A DNA stretch of 64,000 nt from Heteronotia binoei (lineage: Eukaryota): NCBI RefSeq assembly GCF_032191835.1, contig NC_083240.1, forward strand, positions 46,066,001 to 46,130,000, written 5' to 3'. Every line of letters starts with the position of its first letter. Positions within the stretch are counted from its first letter, which is position 1. The notes below the pieces were generated by a model. The model saw nothing but the letters and a program-made list of their open reading frames with translations. It was not told where the DNA came from and did no database searches. Positions 60,131-64,000 of the stretch are shown piece by piece. The translations under genes and the position numbers were made by a program.

Positions 60131-62594
60131 AAGTGCATGGTGTTTTGTTGTGTGAAGTAATTCCTTCTTGCATTGTCTTGTGCTGTGATGAATCCAGTTC
60201 TTAAGCGCCTCCTGAGAACTGGCGTAAGACTGGGCTGCATGGCCCGTCCTTCTGCTTGTGCTGGATCACGGGCAGAGTAGGCCTGTGGGGAGCAGGCTGG
60301 TGGGCTGAGAGTGGCCCTTCCCTCCAGAACATCTCTGACCCTTCTACACTCAGGCATTCAGCTGATCTGTAGTGTGGTATAGACTGATGTTCAGCCTTGG
60401 CAAGCAACTGTTGGTAAGTAATGGGTTGTGGATGAGCATACAAGGTAAGAGTTTCCAACTTCTCTGGATCAGATGCTTTAGCCTCTTGCAAATGGTTCTT
60501 AAGTGCCATAACCTATTAATGGTCTCATCTCTTAAAAGTAATTCAGAGAACGGTGTTCTTGAGAAATATTTCTTGAGAGTACTTGACTGAGGCTACTCTA
60601 CACACTCCAGCCTCCTAAATGCAACGTTATCAGTGTAGGCACTCAGTGTCCTTGCGGGGAGCCATAGAACTCCCAAGAGCCCTCACAAAAGTACTAAGAC
60701 AGTGATAGGCTTTTGTGGGTTACATTGGTCATCAGGCCAGTTGGCTGCTGAACTCTGTTTTAAGGGGCTGTTCCATTAACTCAGGACATACACAGGGCAT
60801 TGCATCACTGCAGCTTCAGGCAGGGGTGTCATGACAACCCCCCACCTGAGTATTGATACAGCAGCCACAAGTGGTAGCAAGTGTTTATATTTGTAAGTCC
60901 TTTTGGTCATGTTTGTTAGCTGCTACTGCACTTAAATTGGCACCTCAAAGATCCCTGCCATAAGCAAGCTAGCAGCTTTTGAACTGGTTTAGACCAGCAC
61001 ATGGAAGTAATATGTTGATTAATAGAGTATTGTAGAATTTGTATTTGATTAGAAAATGGCTGTCTTTAGCTTAAGTTTTCAAGCTGTAAATTACAGTTAA
61101 GCAGAACACAGTGGAAAATTCAAAACAAAGCGACTGTGTAGCCAAACAAATCACTTAGTATCTCAAACAAGTTTACTTGAATCAATTTCTATACAAAAGT
61201 ATCCTATGCAATTCAGAGTGCCCAAAGGCACCTCATAAATAGTCTCAAAGTCCAAAGAGTCCTATAAAAACCACTAAGGTGTGGTCAACCAAAACTGTTC
61301 CAAAACCGAATGGAGTGGTGGAAATGTGTTCAGAGGATGACTGTGACACAGCGTACCACAGCACTCCTCTCCACCTTCCGAAGCACGAAGATAAGTAGAA
61401 GCTCTCAACATTCGCCAACTTGGCTTGCACATTTCAAACAACTGCCCAAGGGCAGTTCCAACTTTTTCAAGAGAAAAGCAATAAAAACATCCTTTGTACT
61501 GCATGTAGGGAAACGTTTCTACAGTGGCTCACACTCAAGGAGAGCCAGTTTGATGTAGTGGTTAAGTGTGCGGACTCTTATCTGGGAGAACCGGGTTTGA
61601 TTCCCCACTCCTCCACTTGCACCTGCTGGAGTGACCTTGGGTCAGCCATAGCCCTGGCAGAGGTTGTCCTTGAAAGGGCAGCCGCTGTGAGAGCCCTCTC
61701 CAGCCCCACCCACCTCACAGGGTGTCTGTTGTGGGGAAGGAAGGTAAAGGAGACTGTGAGCCGCTCTGAGACTCTTCGGAGTGGAGGGCGGGATATAAAT
61801 CCAATATCTTCTTCAAGGCAAACGCTCCTGGGGGACCAGTTGGGCTCCTTCTCACGGTGCTTTGTGGAGTGCTGAAACAACCATGGGAGAATTGTTCCAG
61901 CACTCTAAAAGGTGTGTTGGGGGCGGGGGGAGATAGGCAGCTTGACACGCTGGGCATGATCAAATTGTTCTTGCCAATGGTGTCAGTATTACTGTGATGT
62001 CTAGTTCGGCTCTTAGACTCTTAACGGTTAACTTGCTTGTTTGGTCAGTTGCTAAAAATAGTGGAAAGCTAAATATTCGCATTGGGGAGATGAGCAGGCT
62101 TGAGGCAAAGCAGCTTCAGGTATGTAATTATGTTGCTTCATGAGCTGCGTAATAAATACCTTGGCCTGAAGCAAAGGGTTGCCAGCTTTGTGAGGTGGGT
62201 CACTGGATCATGCACCCTGGAGGATGGCACTTGCTGCAGAATAGAAATTGCAGCCTTGGATAATTGGCTGGCAACCAAGTTACTAGTTCAAAACAAAATG
62301 TGCTACTAGTTGCATCATGGAGTAGTAGCTGCTTTACATCTAGAAGATCCCAAGTTTAAAAAGGATGGCAGGTAGCAAGTGCTGGGAAGGACTCCCCACC
62401 TTGTGTCCTGGGGAGCTGCTGCCCATTTGGAGCACTGAACTAGACCAGTGGTGTGACTTAACCAGGGCACTTCCATGCATGGGATCAGGAATTGGAGGCT
62501 CAATGCGCCCTGCAAAAATAACATAAGAGAAGCCATGTTGGATCAGGCCAATGGCCCATCCAGTCCAACACTGTCGCATAGTGGCCAAAAAAAT

Positions 62595-62631
<37 letters not shown>

Positions 62632-64000
62632 TGGCTAAATAAGAAAGATCTGTCAGCTGACCCTTCATGCAAATGTGTAGGGCATCAGTGGTGACTCATT
62701 GCAGCTGCCTTGGAAATTCTAGGGCCTTGGCCTGCTGTGCTGATCTCTCAAAAATAGCCTTCCCATTGGGTTAGATGCTATTATGAAAATCACCTTTTAA
62801 TATAAGCTCATTCTGAAGTGGTAGAATGGACCATGCCGCTTGAGTGTCTGGTTGGTGAATTCCAGAGTAAAGCAAATTTTGTAGCAATTTGTGTGTCTAG
62901 TTTTGCTACAAGTTTCTTCAGGCAGTTTCCACTTTTGCCCTTGCCAATTATCCAAAAATTTACCATCTGCCTGCTATTGATTCCTTTCCCATCTCCCCCG
63001 TTTCCTGTTACATCTGGCGCAGGGGGAAATATGGATCTAGGCAATCCAGGGCAAAATTCACCTGTGCCACAAATCAACAGTGAGGTCTCAGATTGTGGAG
63101 TCTCCTTGCTCATCTAAGGATAACATTTGCCTACCTTTACAGGGGTGCTATAAGAATTGTGGAGAATGTGTGAAGCAGTGTAGATGTCGAGAGGGATGCT
63201 TCTGCCAGGCGAATCCCAGCGGAACCTCCAGTACTTGCAACTTGGAGGAAGCAAAGTACAGAAGCGTCATTGCCATGGAGTTCAATGGTCTCGTAAATCG
63301 TTACCCTTTGGCATGTTGAGGTGCTGCTTTTAGAGTTCAGAGGAGAAATCTATTGTGTGGAAGGCAGACAACAGCTTTCTGAATGCCTTTTCAACTGCAT
63401 TACCTAGTATTTGTTAATCTGTTGAACTGTGGGGTGGGAGTGGCCATGTTTTAACTGTTTAGAAAAACCAAAAATAAAGTAAAAAAAATAAGCTCTGGCT
63501 GCAGTTAAGTTTAATCTCACCTCTAATTTCCAAAGCAACTAACTAGGACATAGGAACAACTCTTAATGTTGTGGCTGTAAGGCTCTTTTTCAACCTGAGG
63601 GCCAGTGTGCAAAAGCCTCAGGGAGGGAGGTCATGTGAAGTTTGTGCAGTTCATGCACAAACTCCCAGCCACACAGACAATGCATCTCACCACTTGAATT
63701 CCCCACCCTTGATGGCTTAAACTTAGGAGAGAAGGACAGTGAGGCAAGACTGAGCAAGATGTGACTTCTCTGGGTCACACGGTGAATTCGACAATAGACG
63801 TGGTCCTTGGATACAGGAAAGCCAAGTCCAGTTCAGACTTTAAAACCTGGTTTTTTATTCCATCCCCTTGTCAGATTAAAATAGCATATTTTTACATACT
63901 AGTAGTGCTTATAGATACTACTTAAAAATGCTATTTTAATTTTAGTAGTATGCATGCTTGTAGATAGCCCCGTGGCACTGTGGTAAAGCTGCAGTAGTGC

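Overview
Vertebrate genomic DNA, almost certainly a squamate reptile and probably a gecko (inferred from repeat families). The only host gene is SRSF1 (+ strand, 4 coding exons 54219-58258, 248 aa), with a CpG-island promoter and a long conserved 3'UTR that contains a 132-N gap. The ~53 kb upstream is a transposon-dense intergenic region holding three full-length retroelements, all on +. (1) A young DIRS1-type tyrosine-recombinase retrotransposon (~6565-12603) with ITRs and ICR; a single extra G appears to have swapped its overlapping RT and YR frames. (2) A Tf1/sushi-type chromoviral Gypsy element (19696-28112), split by an L2 LINE, with a self-priming PBS and a PEG10-like -1 frameshift pseudoknot. 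(3) A class I endogenous retrovirus (42473-51122) with gag-TAG-pro-pol-env. The most notable signal is a hidden Trp-rich ORF between pol and env in the ERV: it rejoins in frame when an L2 insertion is removed (117 aa, or ~188 aa if one TGA was TGG). Also present: a ~1.06 kb foldback insertion with a 14-bp TSD, a 133-bp-arm hairpin in a solo LTR, Penelope, Bov-B and L2 fragments, SINEs and hAT MITEs. All alignments and mismatch counts were done by eye; no database searches were run.
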